From positions 1 through 64,000 of IMG/VR virus record IMGVR_UViG_3300037010_001382: DNA of 64,000 nt, one strand, 5' to 3'. This DNA comes from a virus. Position 1 is the first letter of the stretch; each line of letters starts with the position of its first letter. The notes under the pieces were generated by a model. The model saw only the letters and a program-made list of their open reading frames with translations. It searched no databases and was not told the DNA's origin. Made by a program: the position numbers and the translations under genes. This document shows positions 60,880 through 64,000 of the stretch, in pieces.

Positions 60880-60930
60880 AAAGAGTAAAGTTTAGATATA
60901 TCAACATATTAGGTAAGTTTTCAATAAAAA

Positions 60931-60962
60931 GTTGGAAATTTACTTAATATGTTGTATCTTTG
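60931..60962 (+). promoter_or_regulatory. Bacteroidota promoter GTTG-N20-TATCTTTG within an inverted repeat
   Basis: Near-consensus match upstream of ATG 60972. Confidence 0.65.
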
Positions 60963-60971
60963 CATATATTG

Positions 60972-61447
60972 ATGAGAAAAGAAATGTTCATTGACATAGA
61001 AACAACAGGGTTAGACTTTGTTAATGATTCTATAGTACAATTAAGTTACATTTATCGTGTTGGAGGAAAGATTATTAGAACAGGAGATATTAAGAGAGAT
61101 ATTTACAGTACATTTGTAGATCATCTTGATACTTTGGTTAATAGATTTGATAAAGAAGATAAGATCTACTTTATTGCTTATAATGCAGGTTTTGATAATC
61201 AGTTTGTAAGGAATTTATTCTTACAAAACAATAATAAGTTTTTTGGAAGTTATTTTATTCACCTTTTGTGTGTGTGATGCAAATTGCAGCATTTAAGTAT
61301 ATGAGAAAGAATATGCGTCCTGAAAACTTTAAATTATCTACAGTTTGTAGAGATTTCGGGTTACGAGTAGATGAAGATAGGCTTCATGATGGTATGTATG
61401 ACATAACCTTGACAAAAAACCTATATAACAAATTATTAAAATTCTAA
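60972..61447 (+). pseudogene. DEDDh 3'-5' exonuclease with a -1 frameshift near 61255
   Basis: DIETTG, AYNAGFD | FKLSTVC, LHDGMYD in the -1 frame. Confidence 0.8.
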
Positions 61448-61456
61448 GAGAGAAAA

Positions 61457-61672
61457 GTGAAGTTTGAAATTGAGAAGGGTATAGAGATACCTAAAGAAAG
61501 AGGAAATAAGATTAACATGTATCCATTTGCAGAAATGGAAGTTGGTGATAGCTTTTTAACAGAAGTAACGCATGTCACTGGCAGTGTTGCGAATTTTCAT
61601 AAGCAGAATCCGGAGAAAAAGTTTACCACTAGAAAGGTAGAAGGAGGAATAAGAGTATGGAGAATACAATAA
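61457..61672 (+). CDS. small phage protein
   Basis: IEKGIEIP...YPFAEMEVGDSF...GIRVWR pattern. Confidence 0.7.
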   Translation: MKFEIEKGIEIPKERGNKINMYPFAEMEVGDSFLTEVTHVTGSVANFHKQNPEKKFTTRKVEGGIRVWRIQ

Positions 61673-61783
61673 GGCATTTGCCTAATGGTGATTTTGAGGT
61701 GGAATATGTAGAACCAAGAACTACTTGGTTTGCTAAGCCATATGAGTTTGCAAGAGATAGAAGAGTAGAGGAAGAGATAGCAA

Positions 61784-62788
61784 ATGAAAAGCAAAGAAGA
61801 GAAACTGAAGCTAGCGGTGGAGGTAAGAGCGAAGACAAACAAGGATCTAGGCAAAGGAACAGTCATGTCCCTGGGTCAGAGTGGGGACATGGACATTGAT
61901 GTCATTCCTACTGGCTCATTAGGGCTTGATATAGCCCTTGGAAGAGGTGGACTGCCTAGAGGTAGGATCGTTGAGATATATGGTCCAGAATCGTCTGGAA
62001 AGACCACTCTAGCTATACATGTTATGGCGGAAGCTCAAAGACTTGGTGGGTTATGTGCAGTTATTGATGCTGAGCATGCGTTTGATAAGGAATATGCACG
62101 ATCTTTAGGTGTAGATGTTGATGAATTAGAGTTTTGCCAACCTGACAATGGAGACATTGGATTAGAAGTAGCAGACAGATTAATTAGCTCTGGAGCTTAT
62201 GATGTTGTACTTATTGATAGTGTTTCAGCCTTAGTACCTAAAGCAGAACTTGAAGGTGAAATGGGTGAAAGTAAAATGGGTTTACATGCAAGATTAATGT
62301 CACAAGCATGTAGAAAAATAGTTGGTGCAACTGCTAAGACTGGTACTTTAGTTATCTTCATTAATCAACTTCGAGAGAAGATTGGTGTAATGTTTGGTAG
62401 TCCTGAAACTACTACTGGCGGTAATGCGCTTAAGTTTTATGCATCTGTTCGTTTAGATGTTAGAAGATCATTAACAGCTGCAAATGCAGTTATGGATGGT
62501 GAACTTAAGATTGGTAATCAAACAACTGTTAAGGTCATAAAGAATAAAATTGCACCTCCTTTTGGAAAGTGTGAATTTGATATTCTATATGGTAAAGGTG
62601 TAGATAAGTTAGGTGAGATACTAGAGATAGGAGTTGAGCTTGATATTATTAACAAAGCAGGTTCTTGGTTCACTTATGGAGATGCTTTTAGAATTCAAGG
62701 GAAAGAGGCTGTAAAGCAATTTCTTGCTGATAATGAAGGCTTATTACGTGAAATAGAGAATTCTATAAGAGCAAGAATGATACATTGA
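61784..62788 (+). CDS. recA: RecA recombinase
   Basis: [77 protein letters not shown]. Confidence 0.97.
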   Translation: MKSKEEKLKLAVEVRAKTNKDLGKGTVMSLGQSGDMDIDVIPTGSLGLDIALGRGGLPRGRIVEIYGPESSGKTTLAIHVMAEAQRLGGLCAVIDAEHAFDKEYARSLGVDVDELEFCQPDNGDIGLEVADRLISSGAYDVVLIDSVSALVPKAELEGEMGESKMGLHARLMSQACRKIVGATAKTGTLVIFINQLREKIGVMFGSPETTTGGNALKFYASVRLDVRRSLTAANAVMDGELKIGNQTTVKVIKNKIAPPFGKCEFDILYGKGVDKLGEILEIGVELDIINKAGSWFTYGDAFRIQGKEAVKQFLADNEGLLREIENSIRARMIH

Positions 62789-63035
62789 TATTAGAGAATT
62801 TAAAAGCATTATTTCCAAAAGCTTTTTCTCTTTATTTAAATAATGAACCATTAACAAGAGATACGATTATACAATTTCTTGATGATAATGATTTATTTGT
62901 TTGTGTATCTACAGATGCTGAAGGAATTAACTGGTTTGTGGAAATAAGCGGAATACCTTTGACATTCTGTAATAGTAGAAATAATGCTATGGATTATGGA
63001 ATATTAGAAGGATTATCAATTTTAGAAACGTTTTA

Positions 63036-63404
63036 GTGATAGAAATAAGAAAAGAAGTAATACAAGATAAACCTGCATATCGTTTGAATGCAGGAAAAAC
63101 AAGATTTGATTTGTTAGAACCTTTTGCAATTGAGCAACTTGCAAAAGTATTTACAGCAGGTGCTGCTAAATATGCAGATCATAACTGGTTAAAAGGAGAT
63201 GGGTTAAAATGGTCTGCCTATCTCTCGTCGCTACATAGGCATTTAAATGCTTTTGAACAAGGTGTGGATTATGATGAAGAAACGAAGTTATTACATATGG
63301 CACATGTTGCATGGAATGCTATGGCGCTTGTATCTGGTACAAAATTGTTTCCAAAGAATGATGATCGCCTACATAAGATCTTAGAAATACAGAATGAAAC
63401 TTAA
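63036..63404 (+). CDS. dATP/dGTP diphosphohydrolase-like protein (DUF5664)
   Basis: GKTRFDLL, GAAKY..HNW.KG, RHL, D.ET.LLH.AH.AWNA. Confidence 0.85.
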   Translation: MIEIRKEVIQDKPAYRLNAGKTRFDLLEPFAIEQLAKVFTAGAAKYADHNWLKGDGLKWSAYLSSLHRHLNAFEQGVDYDEETKLLHMAHVAWNAMALVSGTKLFPKNDDRLHKILEIQNET

Positions 63405-63662
63405 GAAGAAGGTTTATACCTATGAAGAGGTATTAGGACAATTTCAGGGACAGGTTGAACGCTTTAAAAATGACTCAGCAAGAGTTCCTTCTAGGAATGC
63501 TTCTGCAGAGGACATTGAAAAGTATGCTGTCAAATTACACAGAGAAGAATTCAAAGATGCTCTTAATCCGAGCGTTATTGATCAATATAAAGCACACAAG
63601 TGATAATAACTTGGTTACTCTTACTAGTAGTAATTATTATAGTGAGAAAGAGGAGATGAAGA

Positions 63663-64000
63663 ATGGGATATAAGTTATTTCTTGACGATTATCGTCAACC
63701 TAAAGAATGTGCATTGTATATGTACAAGAGAATAGGTGCTGAAAATCTAATATATCTTGATAAGGACTGGGTAGTTGTAAAAAACTATCCAGACTTTATT
63801 GCTTATATAATGGATCATGGTATACCTGATCTCGTGTCGTTCGATCATGATTTGGCTGATGGTCATTATCATAAGAATATGCAAGAAGGGAAATTAAATT
63901 ATGATGCAGAGAGTTTCAAAAGTGATGATTATAATAAAACAGGATATCACTGTGCGTTATGGTTAAGAAACTTATGTTACTTTAATCTTGTTCCGTTACC
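63663..64000 (+). CDS. cyclic-phosphate-processing receiver-like domain protein (partial)
   Basis: LFLDDYRQP...WVVVKNY..F...G.PD.VSFDHDL...TGY.CA.WL; runs off the window. Confidence 0.7.
   Translation, partial: MGYKLFLDDYRQPKECALYMYKRIGAENLIYLDKDWVVVKNYPDFIAYIMDHGIPDLVSFDHDLADGHYHKNMQEGKLNYDAESFKSDDYNKTGYHCALWLRNLCYFNLVPL

Noticed and set aside
117-61866. Most minus-strand ORFs in the ORF track (e.g. 117-503, 23028-23453, 34551-34961, 43711-44067)
   Set aside because: Antisense shadows of + strand genes with no motifs or promoters
28091-62788. Inteins in PolB, helicase, RNR or RecA
   Set aside because: Motif spacing is normal and no intein C...HN termini are evident
1-64000. CRISPR or TIGR-like array
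   Set aside because: No regularly spaced 20-40 nt repeats with spacers were seen
1-64000. Stop-codon reassignment as in some crAss-like phages
   Set aside because: Long genes are intact in the standard code, TAG and TGA end genes normally, and no suppressor tRNA was seen; the breaks are frameshifts

Overview
This window is ~64 kb of an AT-rich dsDNA phage genome, almost entirely on the + strand. The gene set and order (PolB, DnaB-like helicase, AAA ATPase, SSB-like protein, primase, UDG-like protein, PD-(D/E)xK nuclease, class II RNR, dUTPase, RecA) suggest a crAss-like (Crassvirales-related) phage. Ten TTTG-N20-TAnnTTTG promoters (one with GTTG) indicate a Bacteroidota host. No structural or RNA polymerase genes are present. 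The left ~28 kb is an accessory/early region of small hypothetical genes, HNH homing endonucleases, five intact tRNAs plus one degenerate tRNA, and a high density of structured non-coding RNA. That RNA includes a pistol ribozyme, a hammerhead ribozyme, a family of long-stem elements, a covarying leader hairpin and several unassigned 200-430 nt RNAs; one of these carries (TTTGNN)n repeats and follows a ~323-aa coiled-coil gene. The right part carries PolB split by a group I intron (GIY-YIG ORF in L8, tRNA-like cloverleaf in P5), an eight-gene amidoligase/ATP-grasp/glutamine-amidotransferase cluster and an NAD-reconstitution module. Three apparent indels break genes and may be assembly errors. 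All calls come from manual motif recognition and pairing by eye; no database searches or folding programs were run.
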